Positions 9,090 through 19,130 of a stretch of 64,000 nt of DNA are shown piece after piece; position 1 is the first letter of the stretch; every line of letters begins with the position of its first letter. Source of the DNA: an uncultured SAR86 cluster bacterium (GTDB taxonomy: Bacteria > Pseudomonadota > Gammaproteobacteria > Magnimaribacterales > AG-339-G14); NCBI GenBank assembly GCA_902616715.1, contig CACMTR010000004.1:28-64027 (forward strand), given 5' to 3'. Made by a program: the position numbers and the translations under genes. Below the pieces are notes generated by a model. It was not told the DNA's origin and made no database searches. It saw only the letters and a list, made by a program, of their open reading frames with translations.

Positions 9090-9905
9090 ATGAAAATTTC
9101 TGAAATTGAATCCTCTCTACTTGATATTCTCAAACTAGCATCAAAGCTAGCCTTAGATTTTTTTGAAAATTATGAAACATTAAATTTATCAAAAAAGAGT
9201 GACTTATCTCCTGTAACTGAGGCTGATTTAGCAATTAACGAAATTATTTTGAAAGAACTGAAACACCTGACGCCTGAAGCGCCTATATTATCTGAAGAAT
9301 TATTTTCTAAAAAAAACTTAAAAAAGAATCAAGATTATTTTTGGCTTGTTGATCCTTTGGACGGAACAAAGGAATTCGTAAATGGTTCGGAGCATTTCTC
9401 TATAAATATTGCTTTGATTAATAAAGGAGTTCCTGTTTTAGGAGTAATTTCTGAACCCGCTCAACATAAAATTTATATAGGCTCAAAAAATAAACCTGCA
9501 AGGTTATTTAGTAACAACGTTTTTCAAAATTTAAAACCCAAATCAACAACTAATGATTGCGTGGTAAGTGCCAGTAAAAATCATTCCACTAGTCGAGACA
9601 AATCTTTTCTTAATAGTCTAAAAAAAGATTATGAGAATATTAAAGTGATTGAAAAAGGAAGCTCTCTTAAATTTTGCGATCTTAGTAATGGCTCTAGTGA
9701 TTTTTACCCTAGATTTGGACCCGTTTTTCAATGGGATCTTGCTGCTGGACAGGCAATAATAGAGTCTTTAGGAGGTGCAATTTTTTTTATGAAAGCTAAA
9801 GACAGTTGCTACAGTTTTGATTTTGATAAGAAAATCAATGGATTCATTGCGTTAGCTAGAAAGGAAAATATTCAAAAAATAAGCAAAATAGCTAGTTTTT
9901 TGTAA
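9090..9905 (+). CDS. cysQ: 3'(2'),5'-bisphosphate nucleotidase
   Basis: Inositol-monophosphatase-fold motifs SPVTEADL, WLVDPLDGTKEF, WDLAAG. Confidence 0.8.
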   Translation: MKISEIESSLLDILKLASKLALDFFENYETLNLSKKSDLSPVTEADLAINEIILKELKHLTPEAPILSEELFSKKNLKKNQDYFWLVDPLDGTKEFVNGSEHFSINIALINKGVPVLGVISEPAQHKIYIGSKNKPARLFSNNVFQNLKPKSTTNDCVVSASKNHSTSRDKSFLNSLKKDYENIKVIEKGSSLKFCDLSNGSSDFYPRFGPVFQWDLAAGQAIIESLGGAIFFMKAKDSCYSFDFDKKINGFIALARKENIQKISKIASFL

Positions 9906-9970
9906 AAATTGTACCTTTTTTAGAGTTTTAGACTTTGTATATAATTTTAATTATGAGATAAAATTCGTAT

Positions 9971-10822
9971 ATGGGTAAAGAATTACAACCAATGGACGTT
10001 TCAGCACCAGGTCAAAACTTGGAAGCGTACTTATCTTCTGTTCAGAATATAGCAATTTTAACTCCTGAAGAAGAAAAGCGCTTAGCTGAAGACCTTTATT
10101 ATAGAAATGACTTAGAAGCTGCTAGACAATTGGTAATGGCTCATTTGAGGTTTGTCGTGCATATCGCAAGAGGCTATTCTGGATACGGTTTACCGCAAGC
10201 TGACTTAATCCAAGAAGGTAACGTTGGCTTAATGAAAGCAGTAAGAAAGTTTAATCCTGAGGTGGGAGTCAGACTAATATCTTTTGCAGTGCATTGGATA
10301 AAGTCAGAAATGCACGAATACATCATAAAAAACTGGAAGATTGTAAAAGTTGCAACCACTAAAGCCCAAAGAAAACTATTTTTTAATCTTAGAAGTCAAA
10401 AGAAGGAACTAAATTGGCTCTCTCAGGATGAAATTAAAACAATTTCTAATGAATTAGGAGTTGATGAAAAATCTATTAAAGAAATGGAGTCAAGATTATC
10501 TTCATCGGATATGTCGTTTGATCCTCCATCCGAAGCAAACGACGACGAAGCTTCTTTTTCACCATCTGGCTTCTTAGCTGACGAATCAAAAGATCCAGCT
10601 GAATTAATTGAAAGAGAAGATTCTGAAGAATATAGTCATGAGCTTTTGCATAAAGCTATGTCTGCACTTGATTCTAGAAGTAAAGAAATTTTGATTGATC
10701 GTTGGTTACAGGATCAAAAATTAACTCTCCACGAGTTGGCAGATAAATATGGAGTAAGTGCCGAGAGAATTAGGCAGATAGAAAAAGCTGCCATGGAAAA
10801 AGTCAAAAGCTTTATTTCCTAA
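9971..10822 (+). CDS. rpoH: RNA polymerase sigma-32 heat-shock factor
   Basis: RpoH box-like QRKLFFNLR, region 2 LIQEGNVGLMKAVRKF, region 4 GVSAERIRQIE. Confidence 0.92.
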   Translation: MGKELQPMDVSAPGQNLEAYLSSVQNIAILTPEEEKRLAEDLYYRNDLEAARQLVMAHLRFVVHIARGYSGYGLPQADLIQEGNVGLMKAVRKFNPEVGVRLISFAVHWIKSEMHEYIIKNWKIVKVATTKAQRKLFFNLRSQKKELNWLSQDEIKTISNELGVDEKSIKEMESRLSSSDMSFDPPSEANDDEASFSPSGFLADESKDPAELIEREDSEEYSHELLHKAMSALDSRSKEILIDRWLQDQKLTLHELADKYGVSAERIRQIEKAAMEKVKSFIS

Positions 10823-10834
10823 ATTTGATAAATT

Positions 10835-11044
10835 ATGAGTGAATTAAGCATTGTCTTAAATGGCGAACCTTTTGAGTTACCAAAAAAAATTTCGATTGTT
10901 GAATTGTTTGATATTTTGGAGCTTTCAAGCAAGTTTATGGCAGTTGAAGTTAATAATGAGATAATTTTTAGAGATTCTTGGGAGACATTTTTAATCAGTC
11001 AGGGCGATAAAATTGAATTAGTTAGAGCTATTGGAGGAGGTTAA
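10835..11044 (+). CDS. thiS: sulfur carrier protein ThiS
   Basis: 69 aa ubiquitin-like protein ending in GG, directly upstream of thiG. Confidence 0.8.
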   Translation: MSELSIVLNGEPFELPKKISIVELFDILELSSKFMAVEVNNEIIFRDSWETFLISQGDKIELVRAIGGG

Positions 11045-11830
11045 TTGGTTAAAGATAAGTTTAAGATCGCTGGAAAAGAATATTCGTCAAGACTTTTAGT
11101 AGGAACTGGAAAATACTTAAATGAAAAAAGCGCAAGTCAAGCCATAAGAGCTTCAGGAGCAGAAATAGTTACTGTAGCAATTCGAAGAGTTGAAATAGAC
11201 TCAAATTTAAGAGATGAATGCATTTTAAATTACATATCTCCAAAAGAATTTACAATTTTACCGAATACAGCAGGCTGCTTTAGCGCTGAAGAAGCAGTAA
11301 GAGTTGCAAGACTTGGAAGAGAAATCCTGTCAAATTCAAATTTAATAAAATTAGAAGTTTTATCTGATCCTAAATCATTATTGCCGCTAATGGACGAAAC
11401 CCTCCTCGCTACCAAAGAATTGGTAAAAGATGGTTTTGAGGTGATGGTTTATTGTACGGATGAAATTGATTATGCCTTAAAATTAGAGGATTTAGGTTGT
11501 TGTGCGGTAATGCCGCTTGCTGCTCCAATTGGATCTGGTCTAGGAATTATTAATCCTGATGCGATAAAAGAAATCGTAGAAAAAATTTCTTGCCCAGTTT
11601 TAGTGGATGCTGGAATTGGAACAGCATCTGAAGTCTCTCTAGCAATGGAATTAGGCTGCGATGCGGTTTTATTAAATACTGCAATCGCAAAAGCAAAAGA
11701 TCCTGTAATGATGGCTGAAGCAATGAGAGATGCTGCAGTGGCAGGAAGAAAAGCTTTTTTGGCTGGAAGGATTCCCAAGAATGAATTGGGTGCGCCAAGT
11801 TCTCCAGAAAAGGGCAGAGTCAATTCTTGA
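11045..11830 (+). CDS. thiG: thiazole synthase
   Basis: LLVGTGKY, NTAGC, VMPLAAPIGSG, DAGIG motifs. TTG start immediately after the thiS stop. Confidence 0.92.
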   Translation: MVKDKFKIAGKEYSSRLLVGTGKYLNEKSASQAIRASGAEIVTVAIRRVEIDSNLRDECILNYISPKEFTILPNTAGCFSAEEAVRVARLGREILSNSNLIKLEVLSDPKSLLPLMDETLLATKELVKDGFEVMVYCTDEIDYALKLEDLGCCAVMPLAAPIGSGLGIINPDAIKEIVEKISCPVLVDAGIGTASEVSLAMELGCDAVLLNTAIAKAKDPVMMAEAMRDAAVAGRKAFLAGRIPKNELGAPSSPEKGRVNS

Positions 11831-12468
11831 ATCAAAGTATCAAAAGTTTCGTAAGGGCTCGCACTAGACTCTCAAAATTAAATAGATTTTTACTCAACAA
11901 CTCACCTACAGCCTCTTTTTGTAAAGTTGAACATTTCGAAAGCTTTGATTGTAATCAATCAAGCGATAAGAGAATTCTTGAAATTGGGTTTGGCGATGGC
12001 GAGAATTTAATATCAAGCGCTCAAAATAACCTTAACTTTTTCTTCTTTGGGGTAGAGGTCTACGAGATGGGAGTTGCTAATATTTTAAAAAGTATGGAAA
12101 CGAATGGAATAAGTAATGTAAAAATTATTTTAGGAGATGTTAAAGAAGTTTTAGAAAAGAATTCCGTTGAAGACTATTTTGATGAAATTTTAATTTTCTT
12201 TCCTGATCCATGGCCTAAGAGAAAACATAATAAAAGAAGGCTTATTTCAGAAGATTTTTTATTTGAGATAAAAAAAATTTTAAAGAAAGATGGCGTATTA
12301 ATTATAAAAACTGATTGGAAAGAATACGCTGAAGAAATTGAACAAAATGTAAAAAAAGTTTTCGGACGTTACAAAAAGTCGTTAGATAAAAAATCAAATC
12401 TAGTTACTAAATACGAAAAAATTGCTTTGAAAGAAAATAGAAAAATCACTTCCTTTGAAACTTTTTAA
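11827..12468 (+). CDS. trmB: tRNA (guanine-N7)-methyltransferase
   Basis: IKSFVRARTRLS (compare E. coli RSFVRRQGRLT), EIGFGDGE SAM motif, FPDPWPKRKHNKRR. TTG start in a TTGA overlap with the thiG stop. Confidence 0.85.
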   Translation: MNQSIKSFVRARTRLSKLNRFLLNNSPTASFCKVEHFESFDCNQSSDKRILEIGFGDGENLISSAQNNLNFFFFGVEVYEMGVANILKSMETNGISNVKIILGDVKEVLEKNSVEDYFDEILIFFPDPWPKRKHNKRRLISEDFLFEIKKILKKDGVLIIKTDWKEYAEEIEQNVKKVFGRYKKSLDKKSNLVTKYEKIALKENRKITSFETF

Positions 12469-13036
12469 GCTCTGTTAGCATTTTAATTGTTGATTCTGCA
12501 CGATGACTCACTTTCATTCTCTCTTCAAATGAAATTTCGGCCATGGTTATGTTTGTATTTTTAATTTTAAATAGAGGATCATATCCAAAACCTTGGACTC
12601 CTTTTTCTTTATTTCCTATAATTCCTTTAAGTTCACCGTAGGTGTAAATTTCTATTTTTTTCATAGGGTCATAAAAAATTAATACTGATACATATTTTGC
12701 CTTTCTATTGGGCTTATTTTTTAATTTTCTCAGTAACTTTTTATTATTGTCTTCGTCTTTAACATCTTCCCCAGAATACCTCGCAGAAAAAATTCCTGGC
12801 TCATTATTTAAACTTTCGACCTCTAAACCTGAATCGTCTGCTAAAACGGGAAGTCCTGAGATTTCAAAAGCTTTTTTGGCTTTCAAAAAAGCATTTTCTT
12901 CATAACTATTTCCTGTTTCGGGAATTTCGATGTCAGAAAACTTACTGAATGGGATAATTTTAAAATTCGAATTCTTGAATAAGAAATTAAATTCTTTTAT
13001 TTTTCCTTTATTACTAGATGCTAAAACTATTTTCAA
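12446..13036 (-). CDS. rdgB: dITP/XTP pyrophosphatase (RdgB/HAM1)
   Basis: ASSNKGKIKEF, DDSGLEV, GFGYDP motifs. 3' end overlaps convergent trmB by 23 nt. Confidence 0.9.
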   Translation of the reverse strand: MKIVLASSNKGKIKEFNFLFKNSNFKIIPFSKFSDIEIPETGNSYEENAFLKAKKAFEISGLPVLADDSGLEVESLNNEPGIFSARYSGEDVKDEDNNKKLLRKLKNKPNRKAKYVSVLIFYDPMKKIEIYTYGELKGIIGNKEKGVQGFGYDPLFKIKNTNITMAEISFEERMKVSHRAESTIKMLTELKKFQRK

Positions 13037-13620
13037 AGCTTTTGCTTAAGTTTATAAAGAGCAATTTCAGTAAATAGATTTGGAAACACTTTCATTAAAA
13101 CTGAAGGCTTACCGTCGCTTCGAATTAATTTTCTTTCAATGATTTGAATATTTAATTTCTTGCATAATGATTCAAAGTCTTTAAGCGAACAGAGGTGAAG
13201 GTTAGGAGTTGAGTACCATTCATGTGGCAAAGCTTTGGAAACTGGCATCTTTCCAGTTAGTGCTAATTGAAATCTACATCTCAGGTTGGCAAAATTTGGG
13301 ATACTTACAATACACTCGTTACCAATCCTTACAATTTCTTTTAGTGCATTTTCGGGCTTTTTCAATGCTTGGATGGATTGACTCATAATTACTACATCAA
13401 ATGAGTTATCTATGAAATTGTCTAAACCTGCATCAATGTCCTGTTCAATAACGTTTAGGCCCTTACCCATTGAGAGTTCAATCTTTTTTTCAGAAATATC
13501 TACTCCGTAGCCCGAAACATTGAGATGATCTTTTAAACTAGCAAGTAATGTTCCATCACCGCAACCTAGATCTAGAACCTCCGAGTCTTTTGGAATCCAA
13601 GATTTTAAAATATTGTTCAT
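13033..13620 (-). CDS. metW: methionine biosynthesis protein MetW
   Basis: VLDLGCGDG methyltransferase-like motif, typical MetW length, 4-nt overlap with metX. Confidence 0.9.
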   Translation of the reverse strand: MNNILKSWIPKDSEVLDLGCGDGTLLASLKDHLNVSGYGVDISEKKIELSMGKGLNVIEQDIDAGLDNFIDNSFDVVIMSQSIQALKKPENALKEIVRIGNECIVSIPNFANLRCRFQLALTGKMPVSKALPHEWYSTPNLHLCSLKDFESLCKKLNIQIIERKLIRSDGKPSVLMKVFPNLFTEIALYKLKQKL

Positions 13621-14717
13621 TTCTTTAAAAAAGTCTTAATACTTTGCACGTATCTTTTATCAGGAAATAAAAAACCGTCATGTCCTTGATAACTTTTTAT
13701 TTCTGCATAACTTACAGATTTTTTTGACGAGACAAGCGCATTTACAATTTCTTTTGAACGTTCTGGAGAAAATCTCCAGTCTGAAGAGAAAGATAAAATT
13801 AGAAAATCTGAGGTAGTTTTTTCAAGCGCTTTATTTAAATCATTCTCATAATCTCGAGAGGGATCAAAATAATCAAGAGCTTTTGTCATAAGTAAATAAG
13901 TATGTGCATTAAACTTATCCGAAAATGTGTCTGCCTGATATCTCAAATAACTTTCAACTTCAAATTCAACATCAAACCCGTATTCGTAATTTTCTTTCTT
14001 TAAATCTCTACCAAATTTTTCCTTCATCATTTCTTCAGATAAATAAGTAATATGACCAAGCATTCTCGCTAATCCGAGACCTCTCTTTGGATGATAACTG
14101 CCTTGATCAAAATCTGGATCGGTAACTATTGCCTGCCTAGCAACTTCGTTAAAAGCAATATTTTGAGCGCTAAGTTTGGGTGCTGCAGCGATGACAATAC
14201 TTTTTTTAATATGACCCTCAAAATCTATAGCCCACTGAAGCGCTTGCATACCTCCAAGACTGCCACCAGCTACCGCATGCCAAAAATCTAAACCTAAGTG
14301 TAAACGTAATAGATCCTGGCTTTTGACCCAGTCCTTTACAGTGACCAGCGGAAAATTTTTACCGAAGGGTTGAGAGGTTTCTGGATCGATTGAGCTTGGA
14401 CCAGAAGAACCGTGACAACCTCCGAGGTTATTTAAGGAGACAATAAAATATTTATTTGTATCAAAGGCTTTATTGGGACCAATTAATTCATTCCACCATC
14501 CTGATTTGTCTTGTTCATCATGAGAATAACCCGCAGCGTGATGATTCCCACTTAACGCATGACATATCAAGACCGCATTAGATTTGTCTTTATTTAATTC
14601 TCCATAGGTTTCATAAATTATTTCAAAACCTTTTAGAATTTTTCCTGACTCAAGTTCAAAGTTTTCTTCGAATTTAAAGAATTTTGGTTCTATTATTCCT
14701 AGACTTTCACTTTTCAT
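13617..14717 (-). CDS. metX: homoserine O-acyltransferase (MetX)
   Basis: CHALSG, GGSLGGMQALQW nucleophile elbow, GHDGFL C-terminal motif. Confidence 0.92.
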   Translation of the reverse strand: MKSESLGIIEPKFFKFEENFELESGKILKGFEIIYETYGELNKDKSNAVLICHALSGNHHAAGYSHDEQDKSGWWNELIGPNKAFDTNKYFIVSLNNLGGCHGSSGPSSIDPETSQPFGKNFPLVTVKDWVKSQDLLRLHLGLDFWHAVAGGSLGGMQALQWAIDFEGHIKKSIVIAAAPKLSAQNIAFNEVARQAIVTDPDFDQGSYHPKRGLGLARMLGHITYLSEEMMKEKFGRDLKKENYEYGFDVEFEVESYLRYQADTFSDKFNAHTYLLMTKALDYFDPSRDYENDLNKALEKTTSDFLILSFSSDWRFSPERSKEIVNALVSSKKSVSYAEIKSYQGHDGFLFPDKRYVQSIKTFLKK

Positions 14718-15271
14718 TAAAACAAACCTGGTAGTTCTAGATAGAATCTAAAGTTATGGATCATGCGATCGACTTGAATCAAAATAAAAAAGACAATGAT
14801 TGGAGAAAAATCTATCCCACCCATTGATGTAAATCTCTGAAAGGGTCTTAAAAGAGGTTGAGTGATGCCATGGCAAATGATTAAAAAAGCATTATTACTT
14901 GAAGGAGCAATCCAACTTCCTATTATTGAAATAAATAGTGAATACCTTAATACTAAAGAAATAGTTAAAAAGACACTTAAAACAGACCAGGATATTGACT
15001 CGATTGAATTAGTTTCTAGAGATTGGCTTTCTACGTAAAGATAAAAAGACAAACCTTTAAAAATAATAGACAAGGCCAAACTTGCAAGATCTATCTTAAA
15101 AATAACTGGCAAAATTAACCTAAATGGTTTCGTAAAGGGCTCTAAAATTGAAAATGAGTATTTTACTATTGGATTCAAGAAGCTTAATTCAAAGAACCTA
15201 AATAAAACGTAAATAAGAAAAAGTATTGAGAGCAAATTAGAAATTACAGAGGATACGAACAAAGGGTCCAT
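14717..15271 (-). CDS. yggT: YggT family membrane protein
   Basis: 184 aa, duplicated hydrophobic YggT repeats, conserved position between proC and metX. Confidence 0.75.
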   Translation of the reverse strand: MDPLFVSSVISNLLSILFLIYVLFRFFELSFLNPIVKYSFSILEPFTKPFRLILPVIFKIDLASLALSIIFKGLSFYLYVESQSLETNSIESISWSVLSVFLTISLVLRYSLFISIIGSWIAPSSNNAFLIICHGITQPLLRPFQRFTSMGGIDFSPIIVFFILIQVDRMIHNFRFYLELPGLF

Positions 15272-16047
15272 TATTTATCTCCTAAATTTTTTGATTGATT
15301 AATAGCGTCATCAATCGCTAATTTCCATATTTCTTCCATTCCAGAGGATTCAATTTTTTTGAGAGCTGCTTCTGTAACTCCGCCCTTAGAGGCAACCATA
15401 GTTTTAATCTGGTTAAATGAAGGTTTGCTTTGAGAATTATGGATTTCATAGGTTCCCCTCAAAAGTTCACGAATCATAGGCTCAGGCTCTTCAAATCCAT
15501 TTGATAAGGCGATTTCTGAAAGAAGGTTTCCTAAATAACTTATGTATGCAGGACCTGCTCCAAAAATTGAAGTAAAAGCGTCAAATTTTGATTCTTCTAT
15601 CTCAACACATTTACCTAACTTATTTAAAATTGTCTCTCCAATATTATTTTCAATTTTTTTTGCAGAGCAAACAGCAATAGGACTAACACCGCTGCTAATT
15701 CCCAAGGAAGGCATGGCTCTAATTACATTAGAAGTTGATAAAAGTGTTTCGAGTTTTTTTAATGACATGCCTGCAATGAAAGAAATTATTAATTTATCTT
15801 CTATAAGATCTCTAATTTTATTTAAAACTTCTTCTGCCTTATTGGGTTTTATAGTTAAAAAAATTACATCAGAATTTTTACAAAGATCTTCAATCGTTTG
15901 ATATGAAATACCCAGCTTCTTAATCTCTTCATTTTGAATTGGATCTGAAGCTGAGATGGAGTAAGAATCTTTTAAGCCAAAAATTGCATGTCGCCCTAAA
16001 TTACCAACACCGACAAAACCTATATTCGTATTAATGTCTTTCACCAA
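15271..16047 (-). CDS. proC: pyrroline-5-carboxylate reductase
   Basis: IGFVGVGNLG Rossmann motif, MPSLG, SKGGVTEAAL. TTG/GTG start, since there is no upstream ATG. Confidence 0.88.
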   Translation of the reverse strand: MVKDINTNIGFVGVGNLGRHAIFGLKDSYSISASDPIQNEEIKKLGISYQTIEDLCKNSDVIFLTIKPNKAEEVLNKIRDLIEDKLIISFIAGMSLKKLETLLSTSNVIRAMPSLGISSGVSPIAVCSAKKIENNIGETILNKLGKCVEIEESKFDAFTSIFGAGPAYISYLGNLLSEIALSNGFEEPEPMIRELLRGTYEIHNSQSKPSFNQIKTMVASKGGVTEAALKKIESSGMEEIWKLAIDDAINQSKNLGDK

Positions 16048-16723
16048 AAATTCCCGTTCCGATCCTAATAATAGTTGATCCTTCCTTCAAAGCAATTTTA
16101 AAGTCTTGAGACATTCCCATTGAAAGTTCTATCTTATTTTTTTCTGATAAAGATAGTTTATCAGCCAATAATGATGCTTCTTTATATAAAAGCACTAATT
16201 CATTTTCTTTAGCTTTCACACTTGGCATAATCATTAATCCTTTAAAGTTCAAGTTCTCTAATATTCTTAATTCATTTAAAAAATCATCTAGCTTTTCTTT
16301 ATGTATGCCGCCTTTATTTTCGTCATCATCTAGATTAATCTGAATTAAAACGTTAAGTTTTTTCCCTTTAGGTACATATTTATTTAATCTTTCTGCAATT
16401 TTTAATCGATCCAAAGTATGGACCCACTCAAAATTTTCTGCAATGTCTTTACATTTGTTTGACTGAATTTTTCCAATAAAGTGCCAAATTATTTTCTCAT
16501 CTTTTAAGGTAGTAATTTTTGGTAAGGATTCTTGCAAGTAATTCTCACCAAAATTTTTTACTCCTAATTTAGTTGCTTTAAATATTTCGCTAGCTGGTTT
16601 CTTTTTACTGACTGCAACAAGCGTTACTTTCTGATTTTTATTATTGTTAGTTATCTCCTGAATATCGATTAAAACTTTCTCAATTTTGTCCTTCATCGTA
16701 GAGTCACATTTTTTCTGGAGCAT
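16031..16723 (-). CDS. yggS: PLP-binding homeostasis protein YggS
   Basis: VAVSKKKP (PLP lysine), FGENYLQE, HFIGKIQSNK, LSMGMSQD. The alternative ATG at 16696 would avoid overlap with argS. Confidence 0.88.
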   Translation of the reverse strand: MLQKKCDSTMKDKIEKVLIDIQEITNNNKNQKVTLVAVSKKKPASEIFKATKLGVKNFGENYLQESLPKITTLKDEKIIWHFIGKIQSNKCKDIAENFEWVHTLDRLKIAERLNKYVPKGKKLNVLIQINLDDDENKGGIHKEKLDDFLNELRILENLNFKGLMIMPSVKAKENELVLLYKEASLLADKLSLSEKNKIELSMGMSQDFKIALKEGSTIIRIGTGIFGERH

Positions 16724-18413
16724 TTATTGAAAGAATTTCTAATCCTTGTTGAAAAACTTTTTTTAAAGCAAAAACCAAAGCAAATTTAGCGTCCCTTAAA
16801 TCTTTATTATCCTCAATAAATTTATTTGCATTATAGTAAGAGTGAAATTTTGAAGCTATCTCTCTTAGATAGAAGCATAAAGGATGAATTTCCAAATCCT
16901 TTCTGCATTGTGAAAGTACATCTTGAAATCTTTCTATTTCGTTAATAATGTCAAGTTCGTTTTCATTAGCGATGAGTTTTAAGTTATCTAATCCATTATT
17001 TTGGTCAATAATGAGTTTCCTTTTCTTAACTTCTTTTTCTAAGCTACAAATTCGAGCGTGAGCATATTGAATATAGTAAACAGGATTATTTTTATCCTCT
17101 TTTTTTGCAAGATCGATATCAAACTCTAGAGCTTGATCGCTCTTTCTAGCTAGGAAGAAAAACCTGGTAGCCTCCACGCCGACTTCATCTATGAGCTCTT
17201 TCAAGGTAATAAACTCGCCTTTTCTAGTAGACATACTCACGTTCTTTCCAGATCTCACTAGTGATACGAATTGAATAATTAACGTTTTGAGCTTATTTGA
17301 ATCTAGTTCCAAAGCCTCAAGAGCACCATTTAGTCTCGGTATATATCCGTGATGATCAGCTCCCCAGACGTTAATTAGTTGATCAAAATCTCTTTCAAAT
17401 TTGAATTTATGATAAGCAATGTCAGAAGCAAAATAAGTAGGGTCTTGGTTGTTTCTTATTAAGACACGGTCTTTTTCATCATTAAATTCCTTCGATTTAA
17501 ACCAGAGAGCTTCGTCTTGTAAATAGGTGAATTCATTATTCTTTAACACTTTGATTATTCTCTCAAAAAAGCTTCCGTCGTCTGAATCTTTATAAAGATC
17601 TTTCTCACTAACCCAATTATTATGATGAACTTTAAATTTAGAAAGATCACCCCTGATTTGATCCATTTGTAAATGGATACAAAAATCGACAAATTCACTA
17701 AATTTTGGAAAAACTATGTAAATTTTGTTTATCAAATCTAAAGGATTGGATTGATCTGTAAATTTAAGATCTTTTTTTGCTAAATATTTATCAAAAAATT
17801 TTTCTTTTGCTAAAAAAGCGCACTCTTTTATATAGTCTCCTTGGTAACACTCTTCTGGGAAATTAACTTTAACTTTGAATAATTCTTGGTACCTTAGAAA
17901 AACACTTAAAGCCAATACGTCTGTTTGAAGACCTCTATCGTTAATGTAGTATTCTTCAATTACTTCATCGCCTGTAAACCTCAAAAGATTAGCCAACGCT
18001 GAACCAAAAGCAGCTCCTCTTCCGTGACCAATATGTATCGGACCAGTTGGATTGCTAGAAACGTACTCTATTAAAATTTTTCTTGGCATCTTACTTTTGA
18101 AGGAAGATAAATCATTACTCAAAAAATTTTTTAAAAAAAACGATTGAGCTTCTTCCGTTAGAAAGAAATTTACAAAACCTGGACCTGCAATCTCTACCTT
18201 TTCCAACCATTTTTTTTTCGGAAGATTTTTTACAAGATTTTCTGCAATTATCTTTGGCTGTTGCTTTAATTCTTTTCCTAAAATCAAAGCAACGTTAGAA
18301 CTCCAATTTCCATGAGATTTTGTTTTTGTTCTAGATATATCAAAATCTAAACTCTTTTTTTTATAATTTTTTTTAACAGACGCTAAGAGTATCTCTCTTA
18401 TTTCAGATTTCAT
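16704..18413 (-). CDS. argS: arginine--tRNA ligase
   Basis: SSNPTGPIHIGHGR (HIGH), MSTRKG (KMSK-equivalent), C-terminal anticodon-binding domain. Confidence 0.93.
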   Translation of the reverse strand: MKSEIREILLASVKKNYKKKSLDFDISRTKTKSHGNWSSNVALILGKELKQQPKIIAENLVKNLPKKKWLEKVEIAGPGFVNFFLTEEAQSFFLKNFLSNDLSSFKSKMPRKILIEYVSSNPTGPIHIGHGRGAAFGSALANLLRFTGDEVIEEYYINDRGLQTDVLALSVFLRYQELFKVKVNFPEECYQGDYIKECAFLAKEKFFDKYLAKKDLKFTDQSNPLDLINKIYIVFPKFSEFVDFCIHLQMDQIRGDLSKFKVHHNNWVSEKDLYKDSDDGSFFERIIKVLKNNEFTYLQDEALWFKSKEFNDEKDRVLIRNNQDPTYFASDIAYHKFKFERDFDQLINVWGADHHGYIPRLNGALEALELDSNKLKTLIIQFVSLVRSGKNVSMSTRKGEFITLKELIDEVGVEATRFFFLARKSDQALEFDIDLAKKEDKNNPVYYIQYAHARICSLEKEVKKRKLIIDQNNGLDNLKLIANENELDIINEIERFQDVLSQCRKDLEIHPLCFYLREIASKFHSYYNANKFIEDNKDLRDAKFALVFALKKVFQQGLEILSINAPEKM

Positions 18414-18979
18414 TTATTTACTCTATTTTGATATTCACAATTTCTTGTATCCACTTTAATCACATCACCAGCTTCAATAAATAGCGGTACTTTTATTTCA
18501 ATCCCATTAGATAGTACTGCTTCTTTAAGCGTGTTAGTTGAAGTATCGCCTTTAAAACCTGGCTCAGTTTCAGAAATTTCCATCTCGATAAAGTTTTGAA
18601 TTTCAACGTTAATAATTTTGTCTTCCCACATAGATATTTCGTATTCGTCTCCTTCTTTCATCCACTTAATTTTTTCTTCTATTAAGTTTTTTCCTATGTT
18701 GATTTGTTCGAAAGTGTTTGAATTCATGAAAACTAAATCTTTTTCTTCTGAATACAAAAATTGCATTTTTGTTACTTCTATATCTGCTTTTTCAACTGAC
18801 TCGCCAGTTTTGAAAGTTTTATCCAATACTTGAGAAGTCATAAGGTTTTTATATTTTACTCGCATTACTGCTTGGCCTTTGCCAGGTTTATGAAATTGAT
18901 GTTCTAAAATTTCGCATAAATTATTTTCAATAATTACTTTCATGCCAGTCCTAAACTCATTGGTTTGAATTATTGTCAT
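18410..18979 (-). CDS. efp: elongation factor P
   Basis: KPGKGQA loop with the modifiable Lys, 189 aa, three-domain EF-P pattern. Confidence 0.93.
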   Translation of the reverse strand: MTIIQTNEFRTGMKVIIENNLCEILEHQFHKPGKGQAVMRVKYKNLMTSQVLDKTFKTGESVEKADIEVTKMQFLYSEEKDLVFMNSNTFEQINIGKNLIEEKIKWMKEGDEYEISMWEDKIINVEIQNFIEMEISETEPGFKGDTSTNTLKEAVLSNGIEIKVPLFIEAGDVIKVDTRNCEYQNRVNK

Positions 18980-19130
18980 TTTTTTAGATTTTTTTTTAAA
19001 TTAGAGTTAAAATTTTCCGCCTGCTTAAAGTAATCATTTTAATTGTTGCAAGATAAATTTATTTTACTTAAAGTGGGAGCTGAAAGGGGTAATTTGAATA
19101 AATTTTTTATTAATTCCCTTTTTTTTGTAG

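Noticed and set aside
9906-9970. Sigma-70 promoter for rpoH (tatataat region).
   Set aside because: A -10-like hexamer is present, but no acceptable -35 lies at 16-18 bp spacing. It cannot be supported from sequence alone.
19023-19041. Possible Fur box upstream of the TonB2-type cluster (contains AATCATT).
   Set aside because: Hand alignment to the 19-bp consensus GATAATGATAATCATTATC gives only 12/19. That is not distinguishable from chance in this AT-rich DNA.
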